In this document: piece by piece, positions 38,202 through 46,637 of the stretch | Layout of the letters: every line of letters begins with the position of its first letter | Numbering within the stretch: the stretch's first letter is position 1 | DNA from: Candidatus Parcubacteria bacterium | Lineage (GTDB): Bacteria > Patescibacteriota > Minisyncoccia > Phycocordibacterales > EsbW-18 | Reading direction: 5' to 3' | DNA: 64,000 nucleotides | Assembly: GCA_039798445.1 (NCBI GenBank) | Contig: JBDKFZ010000012.1 | Coordinates: 2,407 to 66,406 of the forward strand | Notes under the pieces: model-generated | Told to the model about the DNA's origin: nothing | The model's database searches: none | Seen by the model: only the letters and a program-made list of their open reading frames with translations | Translations under genes and position numbers: made by a program

Positions 38202-39410
38202 CTAGATACCGCTTGAGAGCGAATAAATCGGCGTAATCATGGAGACGGCAAAGAACCCGACCGCAGCACCAATGATGACCATGAGGAATGGTTCGATGAT
38301 CGTCGACATATCTTTTGTCTTCTGATCGACCTCACTCTCGAAGAAGACCGCAATTTGGAGAAGCATCGCCGGGAGCTTTCCAGTCTCTTCACCCACCGCT
38401 ATCATCTCGTTCACCATCGGTGGAAAGAGGCGCTCGTAGCGTGAAAAAACGGCTGAGACCGCTGCACCTTTCTGGATTTCTTGTTCGGCCTCAACAAATG
38501 CTTCTTTGTAATACGAGTTCTGGAGGACATCCCCCGTGATCGATATCGCAGCAACCATGTCGACTCCTGATGAAAGAAGTGACGAGAACGTGCGCGACAT
38601 ACGTGCCGCATTGGTTTCTTTAACCAAGTTGCCGATGATTGGCATGCGGAGCATGACGAACTCGAATCCCCGTTTGCCCCTGCGCGTACGCGAAAGCATG
38701 ATGGCCCCAACGACAAGAAGGATAAGCCCTGCGATAACCGCAATCGGATTTGCAGTGAGCAAATCACTCGATGAGATAACGAGCTGTGTCGTTGCGGGAA
38801 GTTTGACGTTGAGTTCAACGAACGTCGCAGTGAGCGTCGGAACGACGAACATAAGCATGAGGATACCAATGATAATCATCACCGAAAGGATGATGATTGG
38901 ATACATCATCGCGCCACGTATCTTCCGGCGCAGTGCGTAACTGCGATCCATTTGTTCGGCGACGATACGGAGCGAGTCACCGAGCTTACCAGATTCTTCA
39001 CCAGCACGGACCATCGATACAAAGAGCGGCGAGAAAGTCTCTGGAAACTTGGCAAGGGCTTCTGAAAGCGCCGAACCTTTTTCGACATATGCGCTCAGGG
39101 CAACGAGAATCTTCTTGAATTTCTTGCTCTTCGTCTGACGCTCCATAACGGTGAGCGCGCGAGAGAGTGCAAGGCCCGCGTCGACCATCGCCCCAAGGTT
39201 CTTGGCAAAAGTGATCTTGTCGGCGAGCTTTACACCACCAAATGAGATATTGAAACGCGAACCCACGCTTTCCTTATTAGACTCTTCAGCAGTGATGAGC
39301 GTCTTCCCTTCTGTTTTGAGATCGCGCGCAAGCGCGAATTGATCATCCGCTTCGCGGATCCCCTCTTCAACTTCGCCGCTTGATGCGACTGATTTATACG
39401 AGAACTTCAT
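38202..39410 (-). CDS. pilC: Type IV pilus / T2SS platform protein (PilC/GspF)
   Basis: VRAGEESGKL, GAMMYP, VGEETGKL, IIEPFL. Confidence 0.95.
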   Translation of the reverse strand: MKFSYKSVASSGEVEEGIREADDQFALARDLKTEGKTLITAEESNKESVGSRFNISFGGVKLADKITFAKNLGAMVDAGLALSRALTVMERQTKSKKFKKILVALSAYVEKGSALSEALAKFPETFSPLFVSMVRAGEESGKLGDSLRIVAEQMDRSYALRRKIRGAMMYPIIILSVMIIIGILMLMFVVPTLTATFVELNVKLPATTQLVISSSDLLTANPIAVIAGLILLVVGAIMLSRTRRGKRGFEFVMLRMPIIGNLVKETNAARMSRTFSSLLSSGVDMVAAISITGDVLQNSYYKEAFVEAEQEIQKGAAVSAVFSRYERLFPPMVNEMIAVGEETGKLPAMLLQIAVFFESEVDQKTKDMSTIIEPFLMVIIGAAVGFFAVSMITPIYSLSSGI

Positions 39411-39428
39411 TACGAAAATTGTAGCACG

Positions 39429-39537
39429 AGAAGCTATTAGCAATTGGCAATTAAAAAACTCCAAATGTATGGCGCAGAGCGGAGTGGATCCGGGTTTTTC
39501 CGAGCCTGCGAGGACAAAACGCGGACCACGCAGCGAA
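39429..39537 (-). repeat. Structured dispersed repeat, family B, copy 2
   Basis: Between the pilB stop and the pilC start; inverse copy of 26104-26212. Confidence 0.88.
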
Positions 39538-39555
39538 GGTCATACCGCGAGGTCC

Positions 39556-41310
39556 TTATTCCGTAACCACACGCAATACCTCTTCGAGCGTTGTGATGCC
39601 TTGTGCTGCTTTGAACACGCCGTCTTCGAGCATCGTCATCATGCCTTCGCTCTTTCCCTGTGCTTCGATAGCATCTCCAGTCGCACCTTTCATAATGAGC
39701 TCTTTGATCGTTGGTGTGATGCGCAACACTTCGTGAATACCAATGCGCCCCTTGTACCCATCTTCAACATCAGAACCTCCCTTTGGGCGATAGAAAGTGA
39801 CATCATCCCATTTCGCTCCCGTCTTGATGATCTTTTCAGACACGAGAAAACCGAGCATGCGGTCGAGATCGACACTCTTCCCGAGCGTCGCAAGCTCCGC
39901 TTTTGAAAGCGTGTATTCTTCTTTCTTCTCTTTTGCGAGAACGCGCACAAGTCGCTGACCGATTATCACCTTGATCGTCGAGACCAAGAGGAAGGGTTCA
40001 ACGCTCATGTCGAGCATACGAGGAATGGCACCAGAAGCCGAGTTCGTGTGAAGCGTCGAGAGCACCAAGTGACCAGTGAGCGATGCGTTCACCGCGAGTG
40101 ATGCGGTCTCGGTGTCACGAATTTCACCCACCATGATGATGTCTGGGTCTTGGCGGACGAGCGAACGAAGACCATTGCCGAACGTCATCCCAATCTCGGG
40201 CTTCACCTGTGTCTGATTGATGCGTGGCATCTGATACTCAACCGGATCTTCAATGGTCGAGATGTTAACGTCCGGCGTGTTGAGGATATCGAGCACGGTG
40301 TAGAGCGTTGTTGTTTTACCCGAACCAGTTGGTCCTGTCGTGAGAATCATTCCTGTCGACTGTTTCGTCGCCCAGTGAATCGCCTCGAGGCCTTCGCCAT
40401 GAAAACCAAGTGATTCCAGTGTGTATCCTCCCCCACCTTCACGAAGCACACGCATAACGGTTTTCTCACCGTAGTATGTCGGCAATGTCGACACACGGAA
40501 GCTCACTTTCTCACCGTCGAGATCAATCTTGAATCGACCGTCTTGTGGTAAGCGCTTCTCATCAAGCTTGAGGCTCGAAAGCACTTTGATGCGCGCAACA
40601 ATGCCCGGCGCCGCCTGCTTGGGCAATGTCATCGCGTCGTGCAACAGACCGTCGATACGATAACGGACCAAAAGCTCGCGCTCCATCGGTTCGATGTGAA
40701 TGTCAGATGCACCTTGGACAACGGCGTGTTTGATAAGCGTGTCGACGATGCGGACAATCGGGAGATCCTCGGCCATCTTCTTGAGATCCTCACTCGACGC
40801 TTCGGAGCCATCACCTTCGGTAATTGCAACAAGCGATGCCGCCTCGGTGCTAATAATATCGCCGAATTCTGCCTTGAGGCTCTTTTGATATTGAAGAAGG
40901 GCACGCTTCACCGACTCGGCATCAGTAAGTCGCGGAAGGATCGAAAGACCAGTCTTCTTTTTGACGAAGTCGATTGCCTGCAAGTCGCCAACATCGAGCA
41001 TCGCGACTTCAAGGCCGTGCGAACTCTTGCCGTAGGCGACGATATTGTGCGTGCGAGCGATCGGTTCAGGGATGAGCGAGAGGACCGCGAACTCAACCTT
41101 CTGCTCTTTGAGATCGACGAATGGAATACCGATGACGTGTGCCTTGGCACGACGGACATCGTCTTCGGACAGCGCACCTTCGGAAACGAGCGCTTCTTCG
41201 AGCGTTGTGTCGTTTTTCTCCGCAGCTTTCTCGATATCAGCGAGCTTCGCTTCGGTTACGAGGCGTGCATCGATGAGAAATTGTTTGAACTGTTCGGTAT
41301 CAACGCGCAT
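39556..41310 (-). CDS. pilB: Type IV pilus assembly ATPase (PilB/GspE)
   Basis: ASDIHIEP, RLPQDGR, GPTGSGKTTTLY, RQDPDIIMVGEIRD, TGHLVLSTLHTN. Confidence 0.96.
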   Translation of the reverse strand: MRVDTEQFKQFLIDARLVTEAKLADIEKAAEKNDTTLEEALVSEGALSEDDVRRAKAHVIGIPFVDLKEQKVEFAVLSLIPEPIARTHNIVAYGKSSHGLEVAMLDVGDLQAIDFVKKKTGLSILPRLTDAESVKRALLQYQKSLKAEFGDIISTEAASLVAITEGDGSEASSEDLKKMAEDLPIVRIVDTLIKHAVVQGASDIHIEPMERELLVRYRIDGLLHDAMTLPKQAAPGIVARIKVLSSLKLDEKRLPQDGRFKIDLDGEKVSFRVSTLPTYYGEKTVMRVLREGGGGYTLESLGFHGEGLEAIHWATKQSTGMILTTGPTGSGKTTTLYTVLDILNTPDVNISTIEDPVEYQMPRINQTQVKPEIGMTFGNGLRSLVRQDPDIIMVGEIRDTETASLAVNASLTGHLVLSTLHTNSASGAIPRMLDMSVEPFLLVSTIKVIIGQRLVRVLAKEKKEEYTLSKAELATLGKSVDLDRMLGFLVSEKIIKTGAKWDDVTFYRPKGGSDVEDGYKGRIGIHEVLRITPTIKELIMKGATGDAIEAQGKSEGMMTMLEDGVFKAAQGITTLEEVLRVVTE

Positions 41311-41494
41311 ATCTTTGCGCTTTATTGTATCAGTTCTACAAAAAAGAGAACGTGAATAAAAACGAGATATGAAAAAGGCCTGTGCACCGTAGTGGTACAC
41401 AGAGCCTCCATCGTACAACCGATGGTGTGTTGGGCAGTAGTGCCCGAAACAAAGCGAGAACGTTCACGCGGGATGCAAGGGTCGGAGCCTCGTA

Positions 41495-41995
41495 CTACTC
41501 CGCGAGCACGCCGATCACCTCGTAGTCCAGGGACCAGCGGTGGCTGGGGTGTGCGTACCGAGCGCTCATCCGGCACACACCGGCAGCGGTCTTTCTGATC
41601 GTGAGCATCTGCGGTGCGTCATGTCTGTCGGGAATCGTCGGCATGACCACAGACGCGCAGTCCTCGCGATCGTCGCCAACGAGGGCTTCCTGTCCATGCG
41701 GGGCCGTTTCCGGCGGACAAATCGCCCGCCACCGTTCGAACATCTTCAGCAGTTCCGTCGTGGTCGGCCGCTCGGTGAAACCGAAGTCCTTGACCTGACA
41801 CCTTCCGAAAGTGACGAAACGCTTTGGCCCGGGGACGTACTGTCGGCTGCAGAGGACCTCCCTTGTGGTACGGTCGAGACGAACCCCCTTTGCTTCGAGA
41901 CGCGTGATGTGGTCAACGGGGTCAACCCCGCCGATTCTGAGCGTCATCCAGAAGACCAGCGGGTTCGCTACGTGTTGCGGTGCGGCGGTGCTCAT
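41495..41995 (-). CDS. Hypothetical protein
   Basis: SD AAGGAG before MSTAAP; CPPExAP motif. Confidence 0.7.
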   Translation of the reverse strand: MSTAAPQHVANPLVFWMTLRIGGVDPVDHITRLEAKGVRLDRTTREVLCSRQYVPGPKRFVTFGRCQVKDFGFTERPTTTELLKMFERWRAICPPETAPHGQEALVGDDREDCASVVMPTIPDRHDAPQMLTIRKTAAGVCRMSARYAHPSHRWSLDYEVIGVLAE

Positions 41996-42124
41996 GTGGC
42001 AATCTCCTTTTCCTACAGCGATAAAGTGGGTGGAATTCTCTACACGAGAATCACAGTCCACAGGGTACTTCTGTCAGCACAATGCTTTCTTGAAGCCCTT
42101 TTGTCAATCATTGTGATAAAAAAG

Positions 42125-42152
42125 AAAACCCGCCTCTTTCGAAGCGGGTTTC
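42125..42152 (-). terminator. Terminator after the SIMPL gene
   Basis: aaaacccgc-ctctttcgaa-gcgggttt. Confidence 0.7.
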
Positions 42153-42169
42153 CCTATTCATCATCCTGT

Positions 42170-43036
42170 TTATCGAATCTCGTAGGTGATTGTCACCGAT
42201 GCCGAAATGCGATTCTCACCAGGAGTGATGGTTGGAGCGACCGGAGCAGCACCGTCGCTGTCCATCGCCATTTCCATCTTGGCGTACATCGGGTAGTAGC
42301 CACCACCGTTTTCGTTAAACGAAACGATACGGACCAAACGGACATCGAGATCATCGGCGAGCTGTTCTGCCTTCTCGCGTGCGTCTTCGATAGCTTCGTG
42401 GCGTGCGTCGCGCTGGAGTTCGTCTTCGTCATCAATCGTAAAGTTTGGACCGTAGATATCAGTGATGCCCTTTGCTGTAACACCAGCGATGAGCTCACCT
42501 GCCTTATCGGTGTCACGAATCTTTACCGAAATTGTCTGGTAAACGTCATAGCCAACCAAGACGCGGGTGTCACCACCGTCCCAAACTGGGTATGACACTG
42601 CCCTCATAGGCTCTGCCGAACCAGTAGAAGTTTCTCCTTCGTACATGACCGGCATGTCATAGACCGGCATGATACCTGCGTCACGATATTCATAACGAGG
42701 GTTTGCGCTGTAGTTTGTGGTTTTGATGTCCTTCTCATCAATTCCCTGTGCCTTGAGGTATTCGATTGCCGCATTCATTTTGATTGCTGCTGCTTCTTGA
42801 GCCTCAGGAAGCGTTGCCGCTTCTTCGTTGACGCTGAAGCTGATCTCGGCGATATCAGGAACAGCAAATACTTCGCCTTCACCGGTGACCGTGATGACGT
42901 TTCCACTCGGATACTGTGAGCCGATATACGGGTACTCGCGGAGCTTGCCGATGGCAAGAATACCAACGTAAACCGTGAGCACGATACCGAGCACATAGAG
43001 AGCTTTCATCGCTCGTTCTTTCATAAGTTGATCCAT
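42170..43036 (-). CDS. SIMPL (DUF541) domain protein
   Basis: ITVTGEGEVFAVPDIA, AIEDAREKAEQLA, ITPGENRISASVTITYEI. Confidence 0.93.
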   Translation of the reverse strand: MDQLMKERAMKALYVLGIVLTVYVGILAIGKLREYPYIGSQYPSGNVITVTGEGEVFAVPDIAEISFSVNEEAATLPEAQEAAAIKMNAAIEYLKAQGIDEKDIKTTNYSANPRYEYRDAGIMPVYDMPVMYEGETSTGSAEPMRAVSYPVWDGGDTRVLVGYDVYQTISVKIRDTDKAGELIAGVTAKGITDIYGPNFTIDDEDELQRDARHEAIEDAREKAEQLADDLDVRLVRIVSFNENGGGYYPMYAKMEMAMDSDGAAPVAPTITPGENRISASVTITYEIR

Positions 43037-43079
43037 ACAATAAATACTAAGTGATAATGGTAAGTTCGTTACCGCCCAT

Positions 43080-43150
43080 TATATACCCCTGTGGATGTGT
43101 TTCGTTACAGTCGTGTATCATGTAACGAAACAGGACCCCGACCATATATA
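43080..43150. promoter_or_regulatory. Symmetric divergent promoter or operator: TGTAACGAAACA-N12-TATATA on both strands
   Basis: Perfect 12-bp inverted repeat at 43098-43109 and 43121-43132. Confidence 0.65.
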
Positions 43151-43692
43151 TGAGCCAGGACACAGAACGATTCCGCAGCCTCGTCGAACGCCTCAAAAAC
43201 GGCGACGAAGCTGCATTCAAAGAACTCTATGAAAGCCTCTCCGGTCGCGTGTTCTCATATATCATCCCGCGCGTCGGTGGACGCGACGAAGCACTCGATC
43301 TGCTCCAAGATGTCTTTCTCGATCTGTGGTCAGCACGTTTGCGGTTTTCATATGTAAACGACGCTTCGGTCTGGGGGTTCATCTTCTTGATTGCACGACG
43401 TAAACTCGCAGAGCACTACGGCAAGCGCCGTAGAGATTCCGAAATCAGTGAGCTCCCTCAAGAAGACCGCTACGACATGGATATCAATGCTCTCGGTGAT
43501 GTCCATGCAATCGAGCTCGGCATGAAAGATCTTTCAGAGAAAGACCGCGATGTGCTGACACTGCGATACTGGAGTGGGCTCTCATTTGCAGAGATTGCTG
43601 AAGCGAACGGAAAAACAGAGACTGCGGTACGAGTCCACCACCACCGAGCGCTCGCCAAGCTGGAAGCTATCCTCAAAAACCATGGAAACTAA
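43150..43692 (+). CDS. ECF RNA polymerase sigma factor
   Basis: GDEAAFKELYE, DLLQDVFL, LRYWSGLSFAEIAE, VRVHHHRAL. Confidence 0.93.
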   Translation: MSQDTERFRSLVERLKNGDEAAFKELYESLSGRVFSYIIPRVGGRDEALDLLQDVFLDLWSARLRFSYVNDASVWGFIFLIARRKLAEHYGKRRRDSEISELPQEDRYDMDINALGDVHAIELGMKDLSEKDRDVLTLRYWSGLSFAEIAEANGKTETAVRVHHHRALAKLEAILKNHGN

Positions 43693-44344
43693 CGACATGA
43701 AAAAGCTCGAGAATATCCGCATCCGCCCTCTCTCGAACGAGGAGCGTTCACGCGCGTGGAACAGCATTGCATCACGGCTTCCTTCGACACCGGTGCTCTC
43801 ACCTTTTGTATTCCCTATTCACAAAGTGGTCTCATTCGCAGCCGTTTTCATATTCCTCATCGGCACCGTCAGCGCCTCAGATAGCGCTCGCCCCGGACAA
43901 CTTCTTTTCCCTGTCGATATCGCCGTCGAACGAATTGAGTCGTCGCTCGACTCTTCATCTCAAGCAGATCATGCGCAAGAACGTCTCGCTGAATTCGATC
44001 AAACCGTGACAGTAAAGACTGATGACCAGGAAGTGCCGACAGCCGCACGAATGGAAAAGGCGGCGGCACCAATGGCGCCCATTAACCCTCGACCGTCGGA
44101 TGTTTTCTTAGAAGGAGAGCCTGCAAGTGAAGCGACAGATATGATGATGTTCTCAGTGGTACGTGATGGACCAGCACCGACTCCCCTTTCGGCTGAAACA
44201 GAGCAAACAATCACGACGACACGAGCAGCTCTCGAAGAGATTCTCAACAAAGCACTGATGAGTGATGACACCGAGACAGTCGTGGAGATTATGGCAACGA
44301 TTGATGAATTCGAAGCAAAGGTCCGAGTGATGCGCGGACAATAA
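43682..44344 (+). CDS. Putative anti-sigma factor (single TM, DUF5667-like)
   Basis: Overlaps the ECF stop; TM segment followed by ARPGQLLFPVDIAVER. Confidence 0.7.
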   Translation: METNDMKKLENIRIRPLSNEERSRAWNSIASRLPSTPVLSPFVFPIHKVVSFAAVFIFLIGTVSASDSARPGQLLFPVDIAVERIESSLDSSSQADHAQERLAEFDQTVTVKTDDQEVPTAARMEKAAAPMAPINPRPSDVFLEGEPASEATDMMMFSVVRDGPAPTPLSAETEQTITTTRAALEEILNKALMSDDTETVVEIMATIDEFEAKVRVMRGQ

Positions 44345-44351
44345 ACACTAC

Positions 44352-44443
44352 GCGGCCATCCTTCCTTGTTCCGCTGCGGAACTCGTCGCGCCCTTCGGCG
44401 ACTCCTCGGCAGTCCTCGCTCCACAGGAAGGACGGACCGCTTC
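44352..44443 (+). repeat. Structured element (family C, single copy) downstream of the anti-sigma stop
   Basis: Closing stem gcggccatccttcc / ggaaggacggaccgc with internal hairpins. Confidence 0.5.
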
Positions 44444-44503
44444 GTTTATATCAAAAACAAAACACCCTTTCGGGTGTTTTGCCTAATAGCCAATAGCTTC
44501 TAG

Positions 44504-45232
44504 CTATTTTGTAGCGACGAGGTGGAGCGTGATAGCAATCTTGTCATCGATGATTTTGTCACCGAGGTCTTCGAAGAAACTACCAGAACCGTAGCGGATA
44601 TCCCAGTTTGCACGGTTAAGGATGACTGATGCGTCGGCAATGATTCGCGTATCTGTCTCTGATTCGATCTTTGCAGGGAACGTGATGGTCTTCGTAATAC
44701 CTTTGATCGTGAGATCACCAGTAACCGTTCCGTTCGTTACGTTTTTGATAACGAAGTGAGCTGTTGGGTGTGCCTCGATTGAGAAGAAGTCTTCGGAACG
44801 AAGGTGGCCTTCGAGCTTGTCGACGCCAACCTTTGTGTTGCTCGACGTCATGACCTTCAACGAATTCATGTCGATAGTGAAATCACCCGATGTGATGTTG
44901 CCATTTGCAACCGTAAGGCTGCTGTCACCATTGAGCTTGAGTATGCCGGTGTCGACGTAACCCGGAACAAGTGGCTTGCTGCCCGTCCATGAAATGAGGC
45001 TCTCATCGGCTGAGAGTTTGTAGCTACCATTAACGAGATTACCTTGTGATGGACCAACTGCCGGAGTTGCAGGTGTCACCGCTGTCGTAATTGTTGTTTC
45101 CGTCGTAGTCGTCGCCGGAGTCGTCGTCGAAGTCTCAGTTGGAGCATCAACCTGGTTTGCTTTGAAGGCCCAGAGACCGAGCAGAATGACCACAACGGCA
45201 ATAAGGATGCCGTAAAGCGCCTTTTGATTCAT
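44504..45232 (-). CDS. YceI family lipid/polyisoprenoid-binding protein
   Basis: SLISWTGSK, FTIDMNS, HLRSEDFF, GDLTIKGIT. Confidence 0.93.
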   Translation of the reverse strand: MNQKALYGILIAVVVILLGLWAFKANQVDAPTETSTTTPATTTTETTITTAVTPATPAVGPSQGNLVNGSYKLSADESLISWTGSKPLVPGYVDTGILKLNGDSSLTVANGNITSGDFTIDMNSLKVMTSSNTKVGVDKLEGHLRSEDFFSIEAHPTAHFVIKNVTNGTVTGDLTIKGITKTITFPAKIESETDTRIIADASVILNRANWDIRYGSGSFFEDLGDKIIDDKIAITLHLVATK

Positions 45233-45262
45233 ACAGATTTAAGTTAAAAACCTAGGAAAAGC

Positions 45263-45817
45263 TTACTTGATAACGTTTTCTACTATACCACCTTTTGAAA
45301 CACGCATTCCATAAGCCCACAATACAATGAGAAAGGCAAAAAGCGTCAGCGACATGACTGGGATGGTTATATACCCAAAGCCACTGACATACCCCTCGAG
45401 ACATGAAACCGCTCCCGGGGCACAGATATACGAGGAAGCCTGGATGGGAAGAATGACGACGTGGTAGATGGCGATAAGGAACCCAAAAATAGAGAGCCCA
45501 CCAACATAGGGAAAGACACCGCGGTCATTGCGGGCGACTGCAATAGTGAGAACAATGAGTTGAGCGATGATGAGCCAACGTTGATAGATACAAAGAACGC
45601 ACGGGGCGAATCCGAGGATCATCGAATAGAAGTAGCTTCCAAGAATAGAAGCGAGCACAACAACAAACATAGTGGCGAGCGCATGCCGACCAACCAAAAC
45701 TACCCATCGGTTGTCGCGTCGAAGAAAGAGACCAACGATTCCGACGATGACGGCGAGTTGCATGAGAAGAACTCCCCATATAATCAAACTACCGACAATG
45801 TTGGGTACTGCTTCCAT
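45263..45817 (-). CDS. dsbB: Disulfide bond formation protein B (DsbB/BdbC-like)
   Basis: PCVLCIYQR, second Cys pair, ITIPVMSL. Confidence 0.9.
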   Translation of the reverse strand: MEAVPNIVGSLIIWGVLLMQLAVIVGIVGLFLRRDNRWVVLVGRHALATMFVVVLASILGSYFYSMILGFAPCVLCIYQRWLIIAQLIVLTIAVARNDRGVFPYVGGLSIFGFLIAIYHVVILPIQASSYICAPGAVSCLEGYVSGFGYITIPVMSLTLFAFLIVLWAYGMRVSKGGIVENVIK

Positions 45818-45826
45818 GATGATTGG

Positions 45827-46564
45827 TTAGAAATAGTTTGGTGAGAGAATATCGCCGAATTCTGAAAGCGGGATGTTCGTCTTGAGGATACCAGCCGCAT
45901 ACGGAGCAACTTGATACTGATTGAAGTAGAACGTAATAGATGCGTCCCCGAGCGAGAATACCATATAGTTGCCCTCGTCTGCCTTGGTTCCAGCCTCGAA
46001 CATTTCTTGATTAAAAATCTGATTCGTTTCGAGGTCAGCTTTGAGACGTGGAACCACTGCCTGTGCAATACGCTCGAGATACGGTGCATCATCGATAAAC
46101 AAATCTTTGAGACGGAGGTCCTTGCCGGCATCGTCGTACATAAACGGTACAAGCGACGTGCCGCCGTGCGCTCCCCCAGTGAAGTTGTATTCCTGAACAA
46201 TCATGCCGGCGAGCGTTCCGGACGACCACACTTCCCCACTGATGAATTGCTCGTAGCGCATGTCGCGAGTGGTGAACCCAAGCATATCGAGGTCCTCGGC
46301 TGAAAAAGCGTCGGGGCCATACATCTCATCAAATTCGGCAATGCGCGCCTCTGTGTGTGCACGGACAGATTCGTTGAGAGTCACGTTTGGAGTAGCAGGA
46401 AGATCAACAACCACATGGTATGTCGTTGTCGTTGCTTCGTGTGTGAATGGAAGCGACTCCTCCTCAGGAGGTACGGCAACACCAGATCCTGCGAACTGAC
46501 TGTAGAGAAACCACGCAATTGCCCCCAAAACAAGCGCAAAGAAGATGTTTTTGAAAAAGCTCAT
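45827..46564 (-). CDS. DUF3298/RsiV/PdaC-like protein
   Basis: FTGGAHG, LKDLF, FYFNQYQVAPYAAG. Confidence 0.88.
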   Translation of the reverse strand: MSFFKNIFFALVLGAIAWFLYSQFAGSGVAVPPEEESLPFTHEATTTTYHVVVDLPATPNVTLNESVRAHTEARIAEFDEMYGPDAFSAEDLDMLGFTTRDMRYEQFISGEVWSSGTLAGMIVQEYNFTGGAHGGTSLVPFMYDDAGKDLRLKDLFIDDAPYLERIAQAVVPRLKADLETNQIFNQEMFEAGTKADEGNYMVFSLGDASITFYFNQYQVAPYAAGILKTNIPLSEFGDILSPNYF

Positions 46565-46637
46565 GTGGTCTATTTTACCATAACAAGAACGCCCCTTTTG
46601 GGGGCGTTCAAAAACGTATGGAATTCGTCTGATGTGA

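Noticed and set aside
41540-42595. 351-aa plus-strand ORF
   Set aside because: Antisense to two better-supported genes and runs across a terminator.
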